Positions 1 through 10,621 of a stretch of DNA of 64,000 bases are shown piece by piece. Made by a program: the position numbers and the translations under genes. The number at the start of each line of letters is the position of its first letter. Position 1 is the stretch's first letter. Under the pieces are notes generated by a model. It ran no database searches. It was given only the letters and a program-made list of their open reading frames with translations, and was not told the origin of the DNA. The stretch is from Eledone cirrhosa (taxonomy: Eukaryota), in the NCBI GenBank assembly GCA_964016885.1, contig OZ024740.1, forward strand, positions 281,914,001-281,978,000, given 5' to 3'.

Positions 1-149
1 GAACATATTGGTTGTTCATTTGTTTTGAACCATTTTTGTTTCACATTTGAAAAGAAGGTATTAGCCCTGAAATATGTTGAAATATATTGGATAAAACATT
101 ATTTTGTTTTGTTTTATTTGTCATCCTTCTGAAACTTATCAGTCATTTA

Positions 150-504
150 CCATCATCATCATTTTACGTCCGCTCTTCCCTGCTTACAAGGGTGGGACGG
201 GAACTGATTCTAGCTTGATTTCTACAGCTGGATGCCCTTCCTAACACCAACCTCATTTACAGTGAGTGCTGGGTGCTTTTTTTCCATGGCGCCTACACGT
301 CCACTTTACAGTGTGGGCTGGGTGCTTTCTTGCCGTGGCACCTCTACGACTACTTTGCAGTGGAATGATAGGGGCCCCAGTCCTATCATCTCATTTCTAC
401 AGCTGAGTAAACTGAAGGAAACAACACATCACCCGGTCTGAGAATTGAACTCACAACCTTTCGATTGCAAGCCCAATGCTCTAACCACTAAGCCATGTGC
501 CTCC
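150..504 (-). mobile_element. tRNA-derived CORE-type SINE with RTE-derived 3' tail (family A)
   Basis: Head GGAGGCACATGGCTTAGTGGTTAGAG (A box) and GAGTTCAATTC (B box), (GAT)n tail; near-identical to copies at 31.2 kb and 50.3 kb. Confidence 0.85.
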
Positions 505-697
<193 letters not shown>

Positions 698-1701
698 CAT
701 CATCATTTGACATCTATCTTCCATGCTTGCATGGGATGGGATGGGTTAGACGGGAATTGTCCCACTTGAGGCAAGATTGATTGGGTGACTGTATCTCGCT
801 CGTATAGTATATATATATATATATATTATATATATATATAATTTGAAATATGTGCATCCCAACGCAAACTATCATAATAATAGTCTATCACGATAAATAA
901 TAGTTGAGAAAATTGTGCGAAGTACCCCCTGGAGGTACCTGCAGAGAATTGAACCTGCACCTCTAGGATGCCAGGCAGGTGTGTTAATCACTGACTACCA
1001 ATTCTATCTTTTTAGAAGATTTTAAACAACCATTTATTTACACTTTGAAATTTTCCCAATGCTTAAGATCAACATCAACATCATCATATATTGATATTTG
1101 CGTGTGTCTGTATACATACACAACAAGCATTTGATCCCTGCTGCTGGCCCAGTGACAGCCTTAATCATGTCCATCATACATTTTGAAGCAATGTTTTAAA
1201 ACTGAATGCTCTTCCTGGTGCCAACCCTTTTAGTTGCCTCATACATTACACATGGATATGGTGTACCTATTCTAAACTGGGCTCACACAGCTGATACAAA
1301 AATATGTATGTGCCCCCCCCCCCCCCCCCGCCCCATAATAGTTGTGTCCAATCACTAGAATGTCCAATACATTGAAAAAAATCCGACCAGTGTTATTTTG
1401 TAGTCTTGTCTCATATTCATAACTATTTTATCTATAGTAGAAGGTTTTTAGGACCTATTGGTGCACTATCAAGAGTCGTTCTGACTCAGCACCTGTATTT
1501 GCAAAGACACCCTGTAAACAGCTGATGAATGGGAAATTTCTGTGTATCCGCCTATTCTTAGTTTTCAGTGTCTTTCATTTACTCCATGTCTTATTTTTCT
1601 TTATGTATGTATGTATGTATGTATATATGTGTGTGTGTGTGTCACAATAAAAAGCACTCAGTCCTCATTGTAAATTGGCCTTCTTAGTGCCACGGTAAAA
1701 A

Positions 1702-1828
1702 GCATCCAATTCACTCTGTAATTGTGGTTGGATGAGGAAGGGCATCCAATTCACTCTGTAATTGTGGTTGGATGAGGAAGGGCATCCAATTCACTCTGTA
1801 ATTGTGGTTGGATGAGGAAGGGCATCCA
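1702..1828 (+). repeat. 40-bp tandem repeat x3 inside a family-A SINE remnant
   Basis: gcatccaattcactctgtaattgtggttggatgaggaagg repeated exactly three times. Confidence 0.93.
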
Positions 1829-2019
1829 GCTGGAGAAACCAAGCCAGAAACAGTTATGTATGAGCAATGCATACTCATCTGATCTGACTTGTCTCATAAT
1901 GTGACAACTCATCTAACCCATGCTTACATGGAAAATGGATGTCAAACAATAATGGTGATATATATATCATCATCATTATCATCACTTTACGTCCGCTTTT
2001 CTCTGCTTGCAAAGGTGGG

Positions 2020-2055
<36 letters not shown>

Positions 2056-2335
2056 CATTATATGTTGTGACACCTACACGACCACTTTATATATATATAT
2101 ATATATATATAAAGTGGTCGTGCAGGTGTCACGCAAAAAGCACCCAGCACACACTAAATGTGGTTGGCGTTAGGAAGGACATCCAGCTGTATAAAAAGAA
2201 AACAAGCCAAAATCTGTGGCTAAACGATGATAATGATGGTGATGATATATATACATACAGAGAAAGAGAGAGAGAAAAGTGTACATGGTTTTTGTTGTAT
2301 GTTAATATATATGTTTATGTTTAATATCTTGATAG

Positions 2336-2425
2336 ACAAAGCGGCTGAAAAAAGCAGCGAATGAAACATATAGCAGTGAAAGTGAAGAAGATCTGCGTGT
2401 ATCATACAAGTCAAATAGAACAGGG
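2336..2425 (+). CDS. RNF113A: RNF113A/Cwc24 internal coding exon (first in window), TKRLKKAANETYSSESEEDLRVSYKSNRTG
   Basis: tag acceptor, gtaagt donor, 90 bp phase 0-0. Acidic patch plus 'VSYKS.R' precedes the 'GP.DMGATA' motif as in RNF113A. Start codon is upstream of the window. Confidence 0.8.
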
Positions 2426-4355
2426 GTAAGTATGTTTTTTGCTGTTTTTTTTTGTTTCCCATATATAAATTTCAAAGCAATTTGATAAGCAACTTAAGTA
2501 TCTTTATAGTATTATATATTTTTGATTTCAATCTGATGGTGCAATTAATTTTTGCATGCTATGAAAAGTCTGATGAGGCCAATTTATAACAGACAAGTTG
2601 ATAAGTTTTGATTGATATTTTGAAATTTCATGAGTCAAATCTATTGCCAATAACAGTAAACAATTATTCAAGAAATTAACACTTTTGTTCATAATATTTC
2701 TAAGGAAATATTTTAAAATAATTACTTCATGTGTTCAAATGTTCTTACATAAAATTATGATGGACAGATTTTAGATAAATATCAACACTTTAAAAGGAAC
2801 AATTTTGTATCATGGAGCCAAGGGTTGTTTCAGGCAGCTTGCTATCAAAAGGTTTAGTGGGTACAGTTATTAGCAAATAAATTTGCCAGATTGACTTTGT
2901 TGAGTTTGTAGGAATATTTATGTCTATAATATGGTTTGATTCCATTGTGTTCGTGTATTCTACCTTGGTATTGGGTTGTCTAATGACAATGTATGGGTAG
3001 ATGTAAACTGTGCTGTATACACAGGATGTATATACAGATACATATGGATGTATGTTTGGATATAAGGATATAATTCAGTGTAAACACCACATATTTAAAT
3101 CAGGAGGTAGCTATTTCAAGGGACATAACTGTTCAATGAATAGAGTTTGTAAAATAAGTACCAGATTATGTCTTGGGGTTAATTTAGACCCTGCTATTGG
3201 TGTTCCAGAATAATCACAATTCTATAACTTAAAGTAAACCCCATCAGTACAAAAAACAAGAGCTATTAAGAGTGGATGAACTTCTCAGAGTCAACAACCA
3301 TCCACCCCAACTATAGTTTAAGTACCTGGTAAGTACGGTAAGACCCCTGACATGACCAAAACCAAATGAAAAGGGTAGAGGTCAACCAGAGAGTGATTTC
3401 TCCAACAGGAGTGAGAAGGTCCTGGATTAGTTTGGATTGGATACAGGGAGAATTTACACAGTCGAAAATTGACATTCATTTTTTCATAAAAATAGCAGTG
3501 GGTGTGGGGTAGCTGGATTATATATTATATATTGTGGGTTACATATCTTACTGTATTTAGTTTCATAAGTTATTGTCCGTTTTTATCACTAAATCAGTGT
3601 ATTTTTGTATATCAATAACTACCTTATTAAATGTGTACCATCGTTTTAAGATGGTAGAGTTCACTCTGTAAAGTGGTTAACAATCAAATGGAGACAATAT
3701 CAGGTACAGAGGACTTGTCTGTCTTGTCAAGCACATATCAGCTACTCTTATGATAAAATGCACCCAGTACACTTGATGAAGTGCTGGTGCCACAATAAAA
3801 TGCACCCAGTACACTTAATGCAGTAGTAGTGCTGGTGCCATAATAAAATACACCCAGTACACTCTGTAATGTGGTTGTGGTTGTACCACAATAAAATGCA
3901 TCCAGTACATGGAACATATGAGCAAGATTTGATTCTTTGGTCTGTCTAGTTCTTGGACTGTGACAGCCCAATTCAACCAAAACCACCAGGGAAAACAAAT
4001 GTTAAATGATGGCGATAGTAGAGTGTGATTTGAGGGACATTTGCTGCAATTTGTCTTCAAATCTCACTGAAGTTGACTTTGTTTTTCATCTGTCTAAACT
4101 CGATAATATAAATATCAGTAAAATATTGGAATTCAATTCAATTGAATACTCCTCTCTCGAACATCATGACCTTGTGCCTGTATTAGACATGACTATTATT
4201 ATTGTACTATTTTGCTACACTTGTCCTTTTTGTTTCCCTTTAGAAAAATAAAAAATTATTGTTGCTGATACTTTTTTAATTAAATGTTCAACCCTTTTAA
4301 TACCAATCTGTTTGAAAGCAAGCCTGTTTCTATGACCCAAAATTATTTGGTTTAA

Positions 4356-4544
4356 CCCTTTAGCATTTACATTACTCTATATTTACTATTATATTTTCAC
4401 ATAATATAGAATCTATGAGATTTTGATATTATTTATTTTGAGAACGATACCTTAACATCAGTATAAGCAGCTGGTTATAGCCAGTTTGAACAGAAAGAGG
4501 TGAGAGAATTCTGGCCAGATACAGCCGGTTTAAATGCTAAAGGG
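4356..4544. mobile_element. piggyBac-like MITE
   Basis: TIR CCCTTTAGCATTTA at both ends, TTAA on both sides; other copies at 31111 and 45978. Confidence 0.88.
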
Positions 4545-4835
4545 TTAAAGTGTTTATATTTACTTGAAAACTTTCCATCATAATTTTATGTAAGAATCTT
4601 TGTTAAACTTTGCTCCAAACAGGAGCTTTATAATGAGTTAAGTTATTAAACCCCTTCAAATTCTTGATTATTTTCAAAATGATTAGAAAAGCATAAGCAG
4701 TGTAAACATAAACAATGAAAAAGACAACTTGGTGTTCTGTGTGTATCCATACTGATGATGATGATGTAATGCATTCTCACTAATCAATTTATTGTTCAAT
4801 TGATATTCCCATTAATCTTTATAAAATCATTGTAG

Positions 4836-4943
4836 AAACGTGATGGCCCGAATGACATGGGAGCAACAGCTGTTACAGAGATCGACACTGAGGAAAATAA
4901 AGATGCACAATCAATATTTGAAAGATCGTTGATAGTGAACAAA
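4836..4943 (+). CDS. RNF113A: RNF113A exon, [36 protein letters not shown]
   Basis: tgtag acceptor, gtaagt donor, 108 bp; conserved GP.DMGATA..E.DTE...DAQ.IFERS motif. Confidence 0.93.
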
Positions 4944-5608
4944 GTAAGTAAATATATTTGACTTCGAATTTTATCAGCTTGTTGATATTTGAATGACTAG
5001 AGTTTTAAATTCATACAATAAATATAGTTTTTAAATAATAATAATTTTAAAATACTTCCTTCCCCAAATCCACAAACCCGGCAAACAAGTCTGCTCTATT
5101 GTCTAAATCTGCAATTGTCCAACTGAACAGATCTTGAAATATCTTGGCTTTATTCTTTCTTCATTAGAGGTTTCTCTCCTTTCCCACATCCATGACATCG
5201 TCTATGCCCTCTATCTCTTTAACTCCATTTCTTTCTCTTCCTGCCCTTCTCAACACTTTTCTTTTTTACTCTTTACCTTGCAATGATGGTCTCCTTCCTC
5301 TGCAACATTTTCTTTACAATTGAACTACTCTCCAGTCCAGCATATCAACCCTCTCTGTTTAGCTAAACTACTCCTCACTCATGTTTCAGGTGTCTATAGT
5401 AGTTTTAGGAATAAGAATGGGCCCAAACAACCCAAATCTTCTCACAATTCATCGACCCCCATCAGTGAGCAACATGGTCGTTATATAGACAGCTGAGTAG
5501 GTGCTACCTTTCTCTCTCCTGTCAACATCGTGATACTTACCTCTCCTTTATTCAGCTTTTACACCTTTAGAAGTTATCTCCATTTCTTTTTTTTTTTTTT
5601 TGCAATAG

Positions 5609-5718
5609 GAATTAAAAGGCAAAGAAGATGATAAGATCTATCGTGGTATAAATAACTATACTCAATATTACGAGAAAAAAGATACTGCACAGGGTAATGC
5701 TTCAAGTGGAAATGTAAG
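5609..5718 (+). CDS. RNF113A: RNF113A exon, [36 protein letters not shown](R)
   Basis: poly-T tract + tag acceptor, gtaagt donor; [16 protein letters not shown]...KDT..GNASSG motif. Confidence 0.95.
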
Positions 5719-6149
5719 GTAAGTAATTTCGTCTAAGACCTAATCATATAAAATCTTATCTGTTCACCCTCTCAAGTTTTGATTGGTTTACATTTTCAAC
5801 TAACAGAACTTTTTCATTCAACTTTGAACAGAATAATTGACTCTCTTTTATGTCATACTGAAGCACTCACTCCTCTTTTCAATTCATCTTTATTTCATCA
5901 AATGTCTGTTTTCCATGCTGGTATGGGTTGGATGGTTCATCTCGAACTGAGACATGACTAGACTGAGAATCACTTCTTGCTTATGCGTTCTATATTTTAC
6001 TTGGTTACTACTGCTGGATACCATTCCTAAAGCTAACCTCTTTACATGGTGTACTGTGTGCATTTTATCATAGCACCAACATTAGAAAGATTGCATCATT
6101 GACAGGACCAAAGGTTCCTCTCTGCCCTATTTTGCCTCAGTTTGTTCAT

Positions 6150-6260
6150 CCACTATTCACTTCCCTGACATTTGTATATTATTCTATTTACTATACATGC
6201 ACCTTCGATGAGTTGTAGTGCACCTGAGCACTGTACACAATAATTTCATTATTATTATTA
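6150..6260 (+). mobile_element. 3' tail of CR1-type LINE
   Basis: Matches the 23900-24006 terminus (gcacctgagcactgtacacaa...(ATT)n). Confidence 0.75.
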
Positions 6261-6388
6261 GAACAAAGTCTGTTACACTGTCTTCTGTAATCAGGAAAGT
6301 AATCCATGATACATTTTAAAAAAGATGATAATATATATAAACTGCATTAGGAGAAAATTAGCGACGGAAATATATGCAATATTTTTAT

Positions 6389-6596
6389 AAGTGTTATAAT
6401 ATAATTGTTTCTACTTTTGCCACAAGGCCAGCAATTAACCAGTGTATTACTGGTACTTTATTTTATCGACTCCGTAAGGATGAAAGGCAAAGTTAACCTC
6501 GGCCTTTCATTTTCATCTTTACGGAGTCGATAAAATAAAGTACCAGTAATACACTGGGTAATTGCTGGCCTTGTGCCAAAAGTGTTATAATATAAT
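6389..6596. mobile_element. Fold-back (inverted) pair of family-B SINE 3' halves inside one 17-bp TSD
   Basis: aagtgttataatataat at 6389-6405 and 6580-6596; arms ~6413-6486 and ~6510-6583 are reverse complements. Confidence 0.88.
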
Positions 6597-7019
6597 GGCC
6601 GCTAACCGGAAGTGTTGACATTTGAAGATTTAAAAAAAGTGAATCTTTAAATAAGCTATAAAATATATTTAATCAACAGCCACGAAATTTAGCACATACA
6701 TTATGTAATATTCATTCATTATTTATTCAAAGAAATCCAACTTATTTTACAAACGGGGTAAAAAATGATATTCTGGACGCAGTCCTGCACGCCTTTCTTT
6801 ATTATAGTTAAGATTATTATTATTATTATTATTATTATTATAGCTACTTTATAGTGGGGACCAAGTGCATTACATAGTGACACCACAGCTAGAGAGGTTG
6901 TCCCACCGTACTGTAGGTTAAAAAAAACCTTTCTGTTGTATCTTCGACCATATTACTGTTAGCTTCACAGTACTAATGCTGGTGACGAGTGGCTCTTTTC
7001 TTGTTTGGTAAGTTGTCAG

Positions 7020-7320
7020 TCAACTCACTCCTTTGTCATCTCCTTCGTGAGGATCAGCTTCTTGAGCTCATTTTTCATAACTTTGTCCCATGTCTTTCCT
7101 AGTTTTCCTCTGCAACCTGTTCCATCTATTTCAAGCACTCAACACCACTTTTAAATATAAATATCACACTCCTTTGTATCACATATCCATACCAGCTCAG
7201 TTGTCTTTCTTGCATACTACACCTGATTCCTCTTTATACTTATGCTTTGTTGTTCATGCTCATTAACTTTATATATCCAGTGGAGCATGCATGCTTCATT
7301 TTTTTCCAACTATCCCAAAT
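7020..7320 (-). mobile_element. Degenerate RTE LINE 3' coding fragment
   Basis: Similar to the C-terminus of the 11.0-11.4 kb RTE (RL.WYG...G.PRKTW). Confidence 0.6.
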
Positions 7321-7645
7321 ATTCTGCACTTATCATTGTTATCTACCCCTAACTGTTTATATTTGTATTCTTTGTCTGTGCAGAGTGTGGTTGAGGCACC
7401 CCACACTCCCTAGTTCATCCGTTGCACACAGCACACATCTACATGACAATACTAAAATTTGTTACTTGACAAGAAGGAGATATGTGGTGGTGATTTATAT
7501 CATCTCTCGACCTCTGTTTTGTGCACCTAAAGTAAAGTGTGTGATCGCTTGATGATAATTGAAGGGTTTTTACATATAGTTAGACATTCCCCCCCGATCC
7601 CCCGCACAGCTGTTCACAGCTCTAATGTGATTAGTGTTAGCCTAA

Positions 7646-7834
<189 letters not shown>

Positions 7835-8863
7835 TGAATATTTTCTTTTTCTTTTATATTAAACTTTGCTTCTATATCTTTATGCTGTAAGTATGTACTA
7901 ATAATAATTGTTTCTACTTTTGGGACAAGGCCAGCAATTACCCAGTACATTACTGGTACTTTATTTTATCGACCCTGTAAGGATGAAAGGCAAAGTTAAC
8001 CTCAGCGGGATAATATGTACTAATATAATAGCCTTGTGGATTTGTCTGTAACGCTGTAGAGATGACTGAGGAAGGAAGGGGTGATTACGTTTACTGAAAC
8101 AGACACACTCAGAAAAAATAATTATTACATAGATACACATCATTGTGATGACTGAGGAAGGAGGGGGTGGTGAGAAACTATAGAAGTCCAGCATCCTAAG
8201 ATTCGTCGCAGCTTGTGTGAGTGAGAGCGAAGGAACCAACCAACAAACAAACAAACATCTCTTTTTTTTATTATGTGTAGATATTACAATTAGCTGTCAT
8301 TTCTGACAGCACGGGGCCAGCTAGTTTCTCATAAAGTCTGAATGTCTCTGAGAGTTCTGTAATAAAGTAATGTAGATTTGAGCATGCTGAATTTGGAATT
8401 ATTACAATACTTTCTGTTGATGCAAATATTGTTTGTATCATGAGTTTGTAGGATTTAAGTCAAATTTGTTATGCATTGGATTGAATATGTGTGTGTGTGT
8501 GTATATATGTGTATGTATATACACAAGTGTGTGTGAATGTGTCTCTTTTTATCCCAATAATTTATTTTACTTATTGCTCTATATGTATATATATATGTAT
8601 ATATATGTATATGTATATATATATGTATATATATGTATATGTGTATATATATGTATATTTCGTTTCTGAATTTGTTTAGCAAGATTCTTTATCTGAAATC
8701 GTGTGTTGAAACCGATATTGTTATACTTTGGGAGGGTCATGTTGCCAATAAGAAATACACGCACCAGTTGCTTTCACTTCAATTTATTATTATAATAAAT
8801 TTATAAATTTATAGATTTCTGGTTGGTTGGTTGGTTCCACAACCAGATAGTTGTTTATATATT

Positions 8864-8906
8864 GTCATAGTTCTTTCGTCACACACTCTGTGACCTCTTC
8901 AGTGAC
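8864..8906 (-). ncRNA. Minimal type I hammerhead ribozyme (PLE pLTR, antisense copy)
   Basis: Reverse complement of 10150-10192. Confidence 0.75.
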
Positions 8907-9004
8907 TGGGGATTCCTTTCTTTGTTTCTGTGCCTCTCCTTTGTTCTGTCCTACGCCATTTTGTTTCTGTGTGTTGTGTGCTCAGTCTGCGCATGCGCCA
9001 CATC

Positions 9005-9952
9005 TGGTTAGATACCATTAATAACAAAAAACAAATCCTCCATTCCCATTATGCCAAACCCATGACTTCCAAACATCTGATCCACCGAAACTCGGCCGTT
9101 TCGGACCATACCAAAATCAACATACTGATTGCGGATTTGGTACGGGTGATGAGAAACGTGTCCCGCATGTGCAACCCCGAAGAACTAGAGAGACACATAC
9201 AACACTTCATCCACCATATGCAGTTCTCTGGCTACAATCAGAGAGATAAAATCAGAGTGTATAGAGGAGCCAGAACCAAATGGGAAAAAATGGGAAATAA
9301 TGACATAAATGGGACCTGCCCCTTGTATAGGAGCAAATTTTGGAATAGAATAGAAAGAACTAGGAACAAGGCTAATAGAATATACTCATGGTATGATAGC
9401 AATAAATACCAGAGTGTAATGTTCATCGATACAACCCCTAGAGGTGAATTAGCTTACAAATTTAGAAGGGCCTTATATAAACATAAACTCAATATTAAGA
9501 TAGTAGAAAGACCAGGTACCTCCGTAAAAACACTTATTAGCAAGACATACCCTTTTCAAAGACCCTCATGTATAGATAAGAAATGTATAACCTGTAAAAT
9601 AAGCCCCCATATTAACTGTAAAACTAGAAATGTAGTGTATAGCATAAGATGTACTGAAGGACAATGTAGAGACAAAAATATAGTGTACATAGGTGAGACA
9701 GCTCGTAGTGTAGGGGAACGGATAAATGAACCCTGGCGAGACCTTCAAGATAGTAAAGAATCATCTGTACTCTACCAACATGCTAAAATAGAACACAAGG
9801 GTAAATTAGAGAACATAGAAATAAAAATAGAATCTACACACAGAAAAGACGCAATGTTTAGACAAATTACAGAGGCAATAAACATAAAAGAATTACAACC
9901 AAAATTAAATAGAAAATATGAGTGGAACAGCAACATCACAACTTACAATTAA
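9005..9952 (+). pseudogene. PLE ORF remnant: RT thumb/linker + GIY-YIG endonuclease
   Basis: NVVYSIRC...YIGETARSVGERINE, C-x4-C-x2-C linker, R...EA..I...PKLN. RT core is absent. The first ~25 aa of ORF 8930 come from the inverted repeat. Confidence 0.88.
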
Positions 9953-10149
9953 GGACAAAATGAAAACACACACATAGAACAAACAACCAACCAGTAACAT
10001 GTAAATAAACAAATAAATAAATGAACATAAACACACACAGACACCTGGATGTGGCGCATGCGCAGACTGAGCACACAACACACACACAGAAACAAAATGG
10101 CGTAGGACAGAACAAAGGAGAGGCACAGAAACAAAGAAAGGAATCCCCA

Positions 10150-10192
10150 GTCACTGAAGAGGTCACAGAGTGTGTGACGAAAGAACTATGAC
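10150..10192 (+). ncRNA. Minimal type I hammerhead ribozyme (PLE pLTR)
   Basis: GTCA-CTGAAGA-G-GTCACA/gagtg/TGTGAC-GAAA-GAAC-TA-TGAC: stem I GTCA/TGAC, core CUGANGA and GAAA, stem II of 6 bp, vestigial stem III, UA cleavage site. Confidence 0.78.
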
Positions 10193-10357
10193 AATATATA
10201 AACAACTATCTGGTTGTGGAACCAACCAACCAACCAGAAATCTATAAATTTATTAATTTATTATAAATTTATTATAATAATAAATTGAAGTGAAAGCAAC
10301 TGGTGCGTGTGTTTCTTATTGGCAACATGACCCTCCCAAAGTATAACAATATATATG

Positions 10358-10474
<117 letters not shown>

Positions 10475-10581
10475 GTATATATATATATATGTATATATAT
10501 ATATGTATATATATATATGTATATATATATATGTGTATATATATGTATATGTATATATATGTATATGTGTATATATATATG

Positions 10582-10614
<33 letters not shown>

Positions 10615-10621
10615 GTATATA

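Larger units (their letters stand above)
8657..10352 (+). mobile_element. 5'-truncated Penelope-like element with inverted pseudo-LTRs
   Basis: GIY-YIG ORF flanked by ~290-bp inverted repeats (8715-9004 vs 10048-10352), each containing a hammerhead motif; (TA/TATG)n on both sides. Confidence 0.92.

Noticed and set aside
8930-9004. N-terminus of the 340-aa ORF as a true start
   Set aside because: It is read-through from the inverted pLTR; the element is 5'-truncated.
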